A stretch of 64,000 nucleotides of DNA from a virus. How positions within the stretch are numbered: position 1 is the first letter of the stretch; each line of letters starts with the position of its first letter. Below the pieces are notes generated by a model that had not been told where the DNA came from, did no database searches, and saw only the letters and a program-made list of their open reading frames with translations. The stretch is from positions 96,001-160,000 of IMG/VR virus record IMGVR_UViG_3300023202_000142; one strand, 5' to 3'. The position numbers and the translations under genes were made by a program. Positions 8,148 through 17,990 of this stretch are shown one piece after another.

Positions 8148-9293
8148 ATGGAGGAGAGGATGGCGGAAGCACGAACGAAGGTAGAGAGCCCGGAGATCGA
8201 CGAGGCGGAAGCGGCGATGGCGAAGTCCGCCGAGGCTGCGTCGGCCCTTGCAGACACGACGAAAGAGCGCGAGGAGGAGGCGCGCTTGCGGTTGCAGCAC
8301 ATCCGCGACATCGCGGAGCGTGAGACCGAGATTTTCGTTGAGCTGGCGGAGGAACTCTACGAGATCAACAAGAAGGCGCTGTTTCATCACATGGTAAACC
8401 CGTCGACCGGCGATAAGTACTCGTCGTTCAAGGAGTTCGCCCTGGAGGAGACCTGGTTTGGCTCGGAGAGGACGGCGTCCTACCTCATGGCGATCTGGGA
8501 CTACTATGTCGTCCAGGAGGGTGAGGGCGACCGCGCCTTCCTCGATTCCATCAAGCACCTGGGGTGGTCGAAGCTCCGCGAGATGATCGGGTTCCTCGAT
8601 ACGGAGAACCTCGAAGAGGTCATGCAGGTCGTCGATGGTCCCGAGGGCCAGATGTCCAAGCGCGACATCGTCGCGATGGTGAAAGAACAGCGTGCGGCGA
8701 AGGAACCTGGATCCAAAAAGCAGGGCGGCGATGACGATCCCGGGAAATCGAAGAGCCCCAGTGACGCAGACCGCGACAAGCTCAAGCAGGTGAAATTCCG
8801 GCTCTATGAGCACCAGAAGTCGAACCTGGACATCGCCATCGAGAAGGCGAAGAACATCCGCGAGACGGATAGTGATGCTGAGGCCCTCGACATCATCTCT
8901 CTGGAGTTCATCTCTCTGCACGCCGCCGATGACAAGGAGTCGATGGTCGACATCATGTCGGCGATGGAGGCGTCCCTGGGCGGCAAGCTCGTGCTATTCA
9001 AGCGTGACGGCGCTCACTACGTCGGCAAAGGCGAGGATGGCGGTGATAAGCCGTCTGAGCGCGCTGAGGCCCTGTTTGAGGTCATCGAGGATCAGATGGG
9101 CGTCACGATCTCCGTCATCCAGGACGGTGAACTGGTGTATGCGCCTGGGCTCAACGAGGACGACTCTCAGATCTCGCAGTTGTCCAACACGCTGTCGGCG
9201 ATGGAGGAGGCCGCCGATGTCAAGCTGATCGCCTACAAGGATGGCGAGTTTCTCTACGGCGCCGACACTCTTCGGTCGTTGGCCGAGAAGTGA
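8148..9293 (+). CDS. Hypothetical DNA-binding protein (DUF3102-like N-terminal part, three C-terminal repeats)
   Basis: YSSFKEF..SERTASYLM..LGWSKL pattern; start may be 8160. Confidence 0.6.
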   Translation: MEERMAEARTKVESPEIDEAEAAMAKSAEAASALADTTKEREEEARLRLQHIRDIAERETEIFVELAEELYEINKKALFHHMVNPSTGDKYSSFKEFALEETWFGSERTASYLMAIWDYYVVQEGEGDRAFLDSIKHLGWSKLREMIGFLDTENLEEVMQVVDGPEGQMSKRDIVAMVKEQRAAKEPGSKKQGGDDDPGKSKSPSDADRDKLKQVKFRLYEHQKSNLDIAIEKAKNIRETDSDAEALDIISLEFISLHAADDKESMVDIMSAMEASLGGKLVLFKRDGAHYVGKGEDGGDKPSERAEALFEVIEDQMGVTISVIQDGELVYAPGLNEDDSQISQLSNTLSAMEEAADVKLIAYKDGEFLYGADTLRSLAEK

Positions 9294-9679
9294 AGAAGCC
9301 CCCGATTACGATGCGGTGGCTGGGGCACGCCTTTTACGCCACCGTCCGTTCCGGCTCCCCTCCCCCGTGGATTAGGTTAGGGGAGGGTGTTAACGTGTTG
9401 GTGGATCTTCGTGACTGGCCGGGTAATATCGGGCTGTGTTTCAAACCTGATGATGGTCTGCCAGTTGAGGAGTTCGAGGCCCTTACCGAGGCTCTGATGG
9501 ATCGATGGGCCCCGATCGAGGAGTGGGTGATTGACCCGGGACAGAATACGAAGCCGAACTGGATTATTCGTCGGCTTGAGGTCTCGTGCATGCGCCCGCG
9601 CCCGCGAAGGAACTTGATGCAGGGCCACTGGATCGTCACGAACCCTTGGCTGAACGGTACCTATGCCCGGGAAACGTAA
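9290..9679 (+). CDS. Hypothetical protein
   Basis: GTGA overlap with upstream stop and overlap with downstream gene. Confidence 0.5.
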   Translation: MKKPPITMRWLGHAFYATVRSGSPPPWIRLGEGVNVLVDLRDWPGNIGLCFKPDDGLPVEEFEALTEALMDRWAPIEEWVIDPGQNTKPNWIIRRLEVSCMRPRPRRNLMQGHWIVTNPWLNGTYARET

Positions 9680-10340
9680 GAGCAGGCGGGATCGCAAGAA
9701 GTTTGCGAAGTTACAGTCTTTGCAGTGCTTCCCGGACGTCTACAAGCTTCTCTGTGATGGCTACCCGGTCTCCCAGGTGGCGTCATACATTCAGAACGAA
9801 CACGGGGAATACACGGGCATTCAGCAGAAGACGCTGCAGCACATGCTGACCGACTTCAAGCGCGAGATGATCCCCGATGACCACAAAGTAACTTTCCCGG
9901 AAGCCTCGAAGGTTCGCGATCGACAGGAGGCGGCCAAGGGTGTTGATCTCGTTGAAGAGATGAAGGCGTTGTACTACGTCCAGTTGTCTCGGGTGCAGAT
10001 CGCGACGCGCGTCGAGGAAGAAAACGGTCATCTCATTGAGGGTGCTGGTCGTGAGGTCAAGGTCGCCTCTGACTTGTTGATGCGTCTCAGCAAGCTCATC
10101 GATCGCGCAGAAGAGAAGAATGAGGACGGCCCCTATAAGGACCTGGAGGACGGCGCTCGTGCTTCGATGGCAGCAGAAGAGGCCACGGGTATCGATGCGG
10201 CGTTTCTGCAGGACCCCATGAAGCGCCAGCAGTTCCTGGAGCTGTTTCAGAAGCTACAGTCTGCCGAGACCGAGGTCGTGCTGGACCTCAGCGACGATGA
10301 GCCCGAGGAACTGCCGGAACCCGTGGAGGCCGTGTCGTGA
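9663..10340 (+). CDS. Putative terminase small subunit
   Basis: Directly upstream of and overlapping terL; HTH-like N-terminus then helical region. Confidence 0.55.
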   Translation: MPGKRKSRRDRKKFAKLQSLQCFPDVYKLLCDGYPVSQVASYIQNEHGEYTGIQQKTLQHMLTDFKREMIPDDHKVTFPEASKVRDRQEAAKGVDLVEEMKALYYVQLSRVQIATRVEEENGHLIEGAGREVKVASDLLMRLSKLIDRAEEKNEDGPYKDLEDGARASMAAEEATGIDAAFLQDPMKRQQFLELFQKLQSAETEVVLDLSDDEPEELPEPVEAVS

Positions 10341-12394
10341 TCAAGATTGAGGGCGGCAGGGCCAGGTCTGTCAGGACCCCAGAGGAGGAACTGAACCTGC
10401 TTCGACAGAAGTGGGGCGCGTTCTCCGAGGAAGAGCAGCGGTTCATCATGGAGCTGATGAATCGGAGCGACAGCGATGCTGAGCGAATTCTCGCCGAGAT
10501 CAAATCGGCGCACTACCACCGCGAACCGGTGGACATCGATACTTTTCTGGACGATGAGTACTACTCTGGCCCAGGCGGGTCATCAGTTTACCCCAAGCTG
10601 CGCGAGGAGCTGCGCGAGATTTTTCGCGGCGACTACTCTGAGGTGATTCTCAGCGGTGGCATCGGCTGGGGCAAGAGCTATACGGCCACCTACGGCCTGA
10701 TGTATTCGATCTACCGCACCACTTGCTTGCGCGACCCCCAGTCTAGCTTCGGCCTCGCCCCGGGCACGATCATCTGGTTTGCGTTCCTGTCGATGTATCG
10801 AAAGCATGCCGGGGAGACGATCTTCGAGGACATTCGTACCAAGATCGAAGCGTCCCCCTATTTCTACGAACTGATGGATGACACAAAGGGGTCTGGATTC
10901 TCCAAGTATCAGGCAACGATCTCGAAGAACCTCAAGCTGATCTGTGAGTCCTCGACTGCGAACAAGGTCATCGGCCTTAACGTGTTCGGCGGCATGCTGG
11001 ACGAGGTCAACTTTGGCGAATCCGCCCGTGTCGCCAAGGATGCTGTGACGCTCAACACCGCCGGCAAAACCCCACCCACGAAGGTCGAGAAGGTCTACCG
11101 ATCGATCATCGCCCGCATCAACTCTCGCTTCATGCGCAATGGCTCGGTGCCCGGTGTGTTGTTCGTCGTCAGCTCGAAGAACAACGAGACCGACTTTACT
11201 CAGAAGCGCATCCAGGAGGCCCTGAATGATCCCAGCGTCTACGTCATGGATTTCCCGGAGTGGGAGACGAAGCCGCCCGAGAAATACAGCGGCGAGAAGT
11301 TTCGTGTGTTCTTTGGCGGCAAGACCATGAGGTCACGGGTGCTCAAGGGGGGCGAGGACCCACCGGAGGTCACTGACGATCTGCAGCGAATTGTCGAGGT
11401 CCCAGTCGAGCACAAGGAACAGTTTGTTGAGGGCGACATTGAGGTCGCCTTGCGTGATATTGCCGGTATCGCGGTTCCTCGCGTAATGCCGTTCATTCAG
11501 CGGACCGACGTCATCCACGGAATGTACTATGACCGGAAAGATCCGCTGCCTCTGAAATCCCTGCAGTGGGTCTCGGGCCGACAGGAGCCGTTCCGCTGGG
11601 ATGTGTTGTGTGAGTGCGGCAAGCCCAGGAAGCTTGGCGATCAGGTTGAAATCAACTGGGTGCCCAGGATCAACCCAGATGCACCACGTCACATCCACAT
11701 CGACCCATCAAAGAATGGCGACGCCACCGGGTTCGCGATGGGTCACATCGAGAAGATGGTCGAGGTCACTCAGCGCGACACGCATACTGGGGAACTCTAC
11801 AAGGAGCTGATGCCCCTGATCTATGTCGACATCGCCCTACAGGTGCTCCCGCCGGATGAGGGTGAGATTGAGATGGAGCTGTTGCGTAAACTGGTCTACT
11901 CGCTGACCGGTCATGGGTTCCCGGTGCACTACATTTCCACCGACCAGAATCAGACGGTGGACATGATCCAGCAGTTCGAGAAGAAAGGCTACCAGGCTGA
12001 GGTGCGCTCCCTGGACCGTAAGCCGACGGGCTACAAGCACCTCAAAAACGCGTTGTATCAACGCCGACTCCGGTGCTACAACTACCACCCGCTGAACGAG
12101 GAATTGGAGAACCTTCAATGGGATTCGGCTAAGGACAAGGTCGACCACCCGACTACACTGGCCGATGGCCGTGCAGGCTCGAAGGATGTGGCTGATTCGG
12201 TGGCCGGGGTTGTCTGGTCCTTGACTGACATGCAAACTGGCGCCCCACCCGTGGTGAAGCCTGACGAGGCGAGATCGAAGCCCGATCACCCCCTGGAGCA
12301 CTGGATGGACGTCGGACAAAATCCCAACGCGAGAGAGTCCGACGCCGGTCCACTTTTCGGTGACACGCCGTTCCTCTTTGGTGGGGGCGATTGA
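10337..12394 (+). CDS. terL: Terminase large subunit
   Basis: LSGGIGWGKS Walker A, GGMLDEVNF Walker B, HIHIDPS and DVADSVAG nuclease acidic motifs. Confidence 0.95.
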   Translation: MIKIEGGRARSVRTPEEELNLLRQKWGAFSEEEQRFIMELMNRSDSDAERILAEIKSAHYHREPVDIDTFLDDEYYSGPGGSSVYPKLREELREIFRGDYSEVILSGGIGWGKSYTATYGLMYSIYRTTCLRDPQSSFGLAPGTIIWFAFLSMYRKHAGETIFEDIRTKIEASPYFYELMDDTKGSGFSKYQATISKNLKLICESSTANKVIGLNVFGGMLDEVNFGESARVAKDAVTLNTAGKTPPTKVEKVYRSIIARINSRFMRNGSVPGVLFVVSSKNNETDFTQKRIQEALNDPSVYVMDFPEWETKPPEKYSGEKFRVFFGGKTMRSRVLKGGEDPPEVTDDLQRIVEVPVEHKEQFVEGDIEVALRDIAGIAVPRVMPFIQRTDVIHGMYYDRKDPLPLKSLQWVSGRQEPFRWDVLCECGKPRKLGDQVEINWVPRINPDAPRHIHIDPSKNGDATGFAMGHIEKMVEVTQRDTHTGELYKELMPLIYVDIALQVLPPDEGEIEMELLRKLVYSLTGHGFPVHYISTDQNQTVDMIQQFEKKGYQAEVRSLDRKPTGYKHLKNALYQRRLRCYNYHPLNEELENLQWDSAKDKVDHPTTLADGRAGSKDVADSVAGVVWSLTDMQTGAPPVVKPDEARSKPDHPLEHWMDVGQNPNARESDAGPLFGDTPFLFGGGD

Positions 12395-14139
12395 TGGCTC
12401 CGAATCGCATCGCAGATGTTTGGCGCACTGTTCGCAATTTCTTCGCTCCTCAGCGCGATCAGATTCGCCGTATCGAGCAGGAGCGCTTTCCTGGCTCCTA
12501 CCCCCAGCAGTATGTCTATGCCTCTCGGGGCAAGTACTACGATTACTATCAGCAGTATGGCCAACAGGTCACTCACGACCTGCATCAGCGATTCTTGGAC
12601 TACGAGGACATGGACGACTACCCCGAGGTAGCGTCTGCGTTCGATAGCTACGCTGACGATGCCACGCAGCCTCAGATCTGGAAGGGGCGTAAGCGGATCT
12701 GGGTCGAGGGCACCAACGACAACGTTGTGAACGACTTGAACTTCGTGCTGCACAAGCAGCTCGGAGTCAACGACTTCCTCTGGGAGCAGACGCGGTATCT
12801 GGTCAAGTACGGGAACAACTATGAGCGCAGCTTCGTCAACGAGAACGGACTGGTTGCGACCGAACCCCTGCCGGCCGCTCTGACTCGTCGCGTGCACGAC
12901 CAGTACGGCAGCCTTGTTGGGTTCCTGTTGAGTCGCACCGGAGATTTCTCGATCAGCCCAACCCAGTTCCGGCACCTGTTGCAGCGTAACCGTGAAGAGG
13001 TCGCGGCCGGGAAGACACGCACCTATTACAGCTTCATCCACAGCACTGATGTCTTTGCGTTCGAGGACTGGGAGGTGACGCACTTCCGCCTGGTCGGCAA
13101 GGATCGCATCTCGGAGTACGGCTACAGCGTCGCTGAGCCTGCCAGGTGGGTGTTTCGCCGGCTGATCATGATGGAGGACTCTGCGCTGATCCATAAGCTG
13201 ACACGGGCGCCATCGCGTTTGGTGTTCTATGTCGAGACCGGGAACCTTCCGCCCCGCCAGGCTCTCCAGCATGTCCAGAAGGTCAGGGATTGGTACCAGC
13301 GCAAGAGGATCGTTAACCCGAAGACGGGTAAGCTGGACATGAGCTTCAACCCGCTGTCGATCGACGAGGATATCTTCATCCCGATGCACCGAGAGCGGGG
13401 TGAGTCGGTCCGTGTCGACTCGGTTATGGGCCCGGGCTACCAGCCCATGGATGATGTGGACTACTTCCGCAAGAAGATGGGCAAGGCGCTGAAGATTCCG
13501 AATTTCGGTCGTGATGATGATGTTCAGACCCGCCCGCTCTCGCAGGATGACATCCGGTTCGCGAGCGCGGTGATGCGTGTTCAGTCCGCGATCAAGGCCG
13601 GCTGGAAGAGAATGCTGTCGGTGCACCTTGTGGCAACTGGTCGCAGCCCCTCAGACACTGAGTGGGATGTTCACATGCCAATGCCCTCGGCGATTCTGGA
13701 GTTGGCCCGTATGGAGGTCCTCAGCGCCAAGAGTGACATTCTCTCCAGGATGCAGGAAAACATTTCGGTGCGGTGGATGCTTACCGAGCTATTCGGGTTC
13801 AGCGAGGACGAGGCTGTCAACCTCATGGTAATGCGTCAGGAAGAGCTGGACATGATGGCTGTGGCGGAGTTCGAGCGAGAGATGTTGCGTCAGAAGGCGT
13901 TTGAGTCCGAGGATGTCGATGAGGACAGGGTGCTCAAAGAGGTCCAGCAAAAGGTCTGGGCAAAGGTACGCGCGGGCGCATACGGAATGAGCCCGCGTAC
14001 GTACGAGGGCGGTCGTGACGACATGGATGCCGAGAAGTTTATCCATGAACTGCGCTCCAGGGATGCTGAGCTATTCGATCGGCTCGACATGCTTCGGGAG
14101 GGCCTCACCGTTGTCTCCAGGAAGCAGGACTTTGCCTGA
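12394..14139 (+). CDS. Portal protein, T4 gp20-like
   Basis: DDYPEVASAFDSYADDAT, MEDSALIHKLTRAPSRLVFYVETGNLP, EDIFIP, DDVDYFRKK. Confidence 0.95.
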   Translation: MAPNRIADVWRTVRNFFAPQRDQIRRIEQERFPGSYPQQYVYASRGKYYDYYQQYGQQVTHDLHQRFLDYEDMDDYPEVASAFDSYADDATQPQIWKGRKRIWVEGTNDNVVNDLNFVLHKQLGVNDFLWEQTRYLVKYGNNYERSFVNENGLVATEPLPAALTRRVHDQYGSLVGFLLSRTGDFSISPTQFRHLLQRNREEVAAGKTRTYYSFIHSTDVFAFEDWEVTHFRLVGKDRISEYGYSVAEPARWVFRRLIMMEDSALIHKLTRAPSRLVFYVETGNLPPRQALQHVQKVRDWYQRKRIVNPKTGKLDMSFNPLSIDEDIFIPMHRERGESVRVDSVMGPGYQPMDDVDYFRKKMGKALKIPNFGRDDDVQTRPLSQDDIRFASAVMRVQSAIKAGWKRMLSVHLVATGRSPSDTEWDVHMPMPSAILELARMEVLSAKSDILSRMQENISVRWMLTELFGFSEDEAVNLMVMRQEELDMMAVAEFEREMLRQKAFESEDVDEDRVLKEVQQKVWAKVRAGAYGMSPRTYEGGRDDMDAEKFIHELRSRDAELFDRLDMLREGLTVVSRKQDFA

Positions 14140-14154
14140 TAGCACCCGGGTGCA

Positions 14155-14526
14155 GTGGCGGCTTTCGACACATATTCGACCCATTCGACCTACGATCCGA
14201 CCCCGCCATCACGTGAGGTTGTGGTGGTTCGGGTCGTTGTTCAGGGGTCTGGATCGAACTTCCCGGACCCTCGCCTGCAGGAAACGGAGCGTCAACTCCG
14301 TGACCTCGCCAAGAAATTTGAAGCGGCCAAGGCGTTTGCGTCTTTTCTTGGCAGATTCCGTTGTGGGCCGCAGCCTGTCCGGCCGACACGCCAATACCCT
14401 CAGCTCCGCTTGCGGCGTGAGCCAGAGCAACCACGTGCACCGCCTTTAGTTTCGCCGGGGCGACCCGGCAGAAAGGGGTTGATTCGGCGCTCGATCGAGG
14501 ACAAACTGGCCCCCAACCTCTCATAG
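14155..14526 (+). CDS. Possible hypothetical protein (could instead be a structured non-coding interval)
   Basis: Fills the gap but has a GTG start with no clear RBS; region is hairpin-rich. Confidence 0.3.
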   Translation: MAAFDTYSTHSTYDPTPPSREVVVVRVVVQGSGSNFPDPRLQETERQLRDLAKKFEAAKAFASFLGRFRCGPQPVRPTRQYPQLRLRREPEQPRAPPLVSPGRPGRKGLIRRSIEDKLAPNLS

Positions 14527-14578
14527 CATGGGGCGTGCTGTGGGAGCAGACGGGCGCAACGCGGTGCGGAGTCAAGGA

Positions 14579-15940
14579 ATGGACAACCAGGAAGCTCTGG
14601 AGAATGCTCGGAGGTACTACAGTGTGATGGAGCGCCACGGTGCTTCCATCGTCACAGGTGAGTACCGCGACCCCCTTCTCGAAGGTGATGACGAGGAAGA
14701 GGAAGACGAGGAAGAGGAAGAGGAAGACGAGGACGAGGACGAGGACGAAGAGTCCGGTGAGGATGATGGCGATTCCCAGGAGGAATCGCTTTGGGCCTCT
14801 GGCGACCCGTTGTTTGAGGCAGAGGAGTGCGACTGTCCCCAGGGTGAACGTTGCATGTGCGACGAGGATCTCGACGAGGATCTTCTCGATGAACGTCGCC
14901 AGCGCCGTCGTCAGCAGAAGAAGGGCAACAAGATTCAGACGGTCGTCACCAAGCGCACCAAGGCGCTTGCAAAGGCCAAGAGCCGTCGTCGTTACCGCCG
15001 CCGCCGACGCAAGATCAAGCGCTCAAGGAAGCGCAAGGAGAAGCGCGGTACATATCGGCGCGACCGTTCTCGCGTAGCAAAGAGAGGTCGTGCGCGGGGG
15101 ACCCGGCGGTCGATGTCTGACAAGTTCATGGATGCCGTTGAGGCGTATCCCAAGCTGTTCAAAGCCAAGGAAGAGGTCGAGCGGGTCGCTGACGAGGTGC
15201 TTGCCGCCGAGGGAGTGTTCTACGACATCGATGAGTTCGATGAGTTCGTCGAGTCGATGATGTTTGAACTCCAGGAGGCCGGTCTGCTGCACGAGGCGGC
15301 AGAGTTGCCCGGTGTTCGGTTCGGTGGCACGACGTCGATTGCTGACACCACAGGTCCGGTTGGTCCTGAGAGGGATATGACATCCCCGAGGAGCACGGTT
15401 GTATTCGGCAAGCCTCTGATGCCGTACCTCGACAACCTGGGGTATGCGGCTGAGGCAGCGGCCAAGCTCAGTGAAATGGCGCCTACCGAGGAAGAATCGA
15501 ACAAGCTGCGGGAGTTCGCGGAGTTCTGCGAGTCTTATCTCGACCAGGTCGAGATGTCCGGCAGGGTTGACGAGGAGCGTCTCAAGGCGATGTGCCTGGA
15601 GGCATCGAGTATCGTTGCGACGGCCTTCCGTGAGTTCCGGGATCAGGGAGCGCTTGGCGAGTCGCTGGGCGTGACTGAGGCAGACGCAGGTGACAACTAC
15701 AACCTTTCGTTGTCGAAGGTGGAGCGTCTTCTCAAGAAGTATGGGGGCGAGAAGGTCCGATCGCTGGGTAAGCCTGACTCTTGGCGCGTCCCTGGGGCTC
15801 GATCGGGTGTGCTTGTCTGGCATTCCAACTGGAAGGACGGGCATGCAGAGAGGGTTGAGATCTCCGGCGTGGCCTCGGTCTATCCGTGGGAGAGGAGCCC
15901 CCTGCGCGACCTGGAGAAGGAACTCAAGAAGCTGCAATGA
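14579..15940 (+). CDS. Prohead core-like protein with acidic and basic tracts (T4 gp67/gp68 position)
   Basis: AAGGA RBS before ATG 14579; poly-D/E tract, R/K tract; between portal and protease. Confidence 0.7.
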   Translation: MDNQEALENARRYYSVMERHGASIVTGEYRDPLLEGDDEEEEDEEEEEEDEDEDEDEESGEDDGDSQEESLWASGDPLFEAEECDCPQGERCMCDEDLDEDLLDERRQRRRQQKKGNKIQTVVTKRTKALAKAKSRRRYRRRRRKIKRSRKRKEKRGTYRRDRSRVAKRGRARGTRRSMSDKFMDAVEAYPKLFKAKEEVERVADEVLAAEGVFYDIDEFDEFVESMMFELQEAGLLHEAAELPGVRFGGTTSIADTTGPVGPERDMTSPRSTVVFGKPLMPYLDNLGYAAEAAAKLSEMAPTEEESNKLREFAEFCESYLDQVEMSGRVDEERLKAMCLEASSIVATAFREFRDQGALGESLGVTEADAGDNYNLSLSKVERLLKKYGGEKVRSLGKPDSWRVPGARSGVLVWHSNWKDGHAERVEISGVASVYPWERSPLRDLEKELKKLQ

Positions 15941-16236
15941 GCGAGGTGGTCGCCAGAATTGATGCGTTTCTGTCGGAGGAGGGGTCCCGCAAGGAGAAGC
16001 GCAATCGCAAAATCAAGAAAACCGGTGACATCTCTGATGAGAAGGACGGCGGAAGGCGCAAGCGCAGGACGGCCTATACCAGTGGCAGACAGGAGGTCAG
16101 CCACGGTAAGAAGCGAAAGAAGCGAGTTGATTTGAGAACTGACCTGAAGAAAGCTCTGGGCATTCGGCAGAAGACCAAGAGCAGTTCCCTGAGCGGCACG
16201 GGTCATCAGTCGAAACATCGCTGGAAAAAGTACTGA
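15937..16236 (+). CDS. Small basic protein, putative internal head protein
   Basis: ATGA overlap, K/R rich, N-terminal RIDAFLSE motif. Confidence 0.65.
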   Translation: MSEVVARIDAFLSEEGSRKEKRNRKIKKTGDISDEKDGGRRKRRTAYTSGRQEVSHGKKRKKRVDLRTDLKKALGIRQKTKSSSLSGTGHQSKHRWKKY

Positions 16237-17942
16237 TGAAACAGATTCTGGAAGACGTATTCGGTCCCGTTCAACTCTCTATCGTCGAGAGCACGGATGG
16301 TCGTCTGGTTGCTCGCGGTGAGTTTGGGTTTTGCGGAAGACCGACCGCGAACGGACGTGTCTATCCCCGCAAGCTGATCGAGCGTGAAATCGGAAGGCTT
16401 CGTCCCAAGATGGAGAATTCGGCGATGTACGGTGAGCTGGATCACCCCGAGTCCGGCAAGACGTCGCTCAAGAGGGTCAGCCATCTGATCAGCAATCTGA
16501 CCATCGAGTCGAACGGCCGAGTCGTTGGGGAGATGAGTGTCCTGGATCACCCCGACATTCCGAACGGCCGCTTGCTCAAGGGGCTTGTCGAGTGCGGTGT
16601 GAAGCTGGGCGTCAGTTCCCGTGGCATCGGATCGGTCAAGAAACAGAAGGACGGCAACTACCTGGTCCAGGAGGATTTTCGCCTGCTGACCTACGATGTT
16701 GTCGCTGACCCCGCCTGGTCGGATGCGGTTCCGGCATTCACTCGCGAGGAAAACGAGTACCATCACGAAGCAGAGGGCTACATGACTCTGGAAGAACTGC
16801 AGCAGAAGTATCCCGACATCATGGAAGCCGCTCGCAGGAAGGCGGTCGAGGCCACCAAGGCTGAGTTCGGTGAGCGCATCGAGCAGATCGAGCGGAACAC
16901 GGAGGCGAAGATGGCCGAGGCGATTGAGAGATTCCGCTCCGAGTCGGGTGACGAGGGGCCGCTCCCCGAGGACGCCGATCTTCTGACGCAGCGCGTCAGG
17001 ATGCAGGAGGGCGCGATTCAGCAGAAGGACCGCCGGATTCGTGAACTGAAGGCCGACCTTCGCAACGCGCAGATCTCAGAAGCGCTCCGTGACGCCCTTC
17101 ACGGTGTGCCAGAGCAGCACCGGGCCGGCTTCGTCGGTTTGCTGGGTGAGTCGTCACTCTACCCGACGATCGAGGCGTTCAACGATCGTCTCGGCGTTGT
17201 GGTCGACGAGTTCAAGTCCACGGGTCGCTATCACGCCGTCAATGTCGAGGAAAGCGCGTCGCTGCAGGCGAGCCTCGATGAGGCTAAGGAAATCATGCAG
17301 GCGGCCCGTCAGGAGATCATCGAGCTTCACGAGCAGGTTGCTCGTCGCGATGATCTGCTTGCTGAGGCGCGCCAGGACACCAAGGAGGCGCAGCGGCGAG
17401 CTTATCGCTCTGAGACGCTGCTCGAAGAGGCTCAGGAGAGCATTCAGGACCTCCAGGAGCAGGTCAGCCTTGCTGGTGACTCGTCACAGGAGTCGTTGCA
17501 GGAGTCGCTGCTGGAGGCTGAGTCCCTTCAGGAGGACCTCGAAGAGAAGGACATCGAACTCTACAAGTACGAGAGTGTCATCGGCCTCCCGAACCCCAAT
17601 GAGATGCTGGGGCGCCTCTCGGGCGCGCAGACTCGCGAGGACGTCGATGCGGTTCTCGGCGAGTCCGGTGAGGCTCGTCGACCGGTGGAACCGGATGTCC
17701 CGGCCTCGTCGAACGGGAGCATGGACTACATTTTCGAGGACGATACACGAGACAAGATTTTCCGGGTGGCGAACGAAGAGTTCTCGCCAGTGATCCCGGA
17801 ATCGACGCTGTCGGCACCGTCAGACATCATTGTGGAAGGCGTTACCACGCCCAATAGGAGCAGGTCCCGTGGAGGGGACTCTGGTTTCCGTCTTCCCGGT
17901 CTGTCGCCCGCGCAGTTGGAAGGGCAAGTTCGAGGGGAGTAA
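16236..17942 (+). CDS. Prohead protease (T4 gp21-like) fused to coiled-coil scaffold region
   Basis: NGRVYP, GELDHP, GVSSRG, TYDVVADPA, then ~350 aa acidic helical region. Confidence 0.92.
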   Translation: MKQILEDVFGPVQLSIVESTDGRLVARGEFGFCGRPTANGRVYPRKLIEREIGRLRPKMENSAMYGELDHPESGKTSLKRVSHLISNLTIESNGRVVGEMSVLDHPDIPNGRLLKGLVECGVKLGVSSRGIGSVKKQKDGNYLVQEDFRLLTYDVVADPAWSDAVPAFTREENEYHHEAEGYMTLEELQQKYPDIMEAARRKAVEATKAEFGERIEQIERNTEAKMAEAIERFRSESGDEGPLPEDADLLTQRVRMQEGAIQQKDRRIRELKADLRNAQISEALRDALHGVPEQHRAGFVGLLGESSLYPTIEAFNDRLGVVVDEFKSTGRYHAVNVEESASLQASLDEAKEIMQAARQEIIELHEQVARRDDLLAEARQDTKEAQRRAYRSETLLEEAQESIQDLQEQVSLAGDSSQESLQESLLEAESLQEDLEEKDIELYKYESVIGLPNPNEMLGRLSGAQTREDVDAVLGESGEARRPVEPDVPASSNGSMDYIFEDDTRDKIFRVANEEFSPVIPESTLSAPSDIIVEGVTTPNRSRSRGGDSGFRLPGLSPAQLEGQVRGE

Positions 17943-17990
17943 CCAGTCAGTTGCGGCACTGGCTACAACAATCGAACCAAGGAGTTACAC

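Noticed and set aside
14148-14445. tmRNA (5' GGGTGCA..GGCTTTCGAC resembles a tmRNA start)
   Set aside because: No T-arm with TTC loop, no acceptor 3' strand with G-U pair and CCA, no plausible tag frame ending in a stop
14140-14578. Group I or II intron
   Set aside because: No matching P7 (GACUA/UAGUC) pair or domain V; flanking genes look complete
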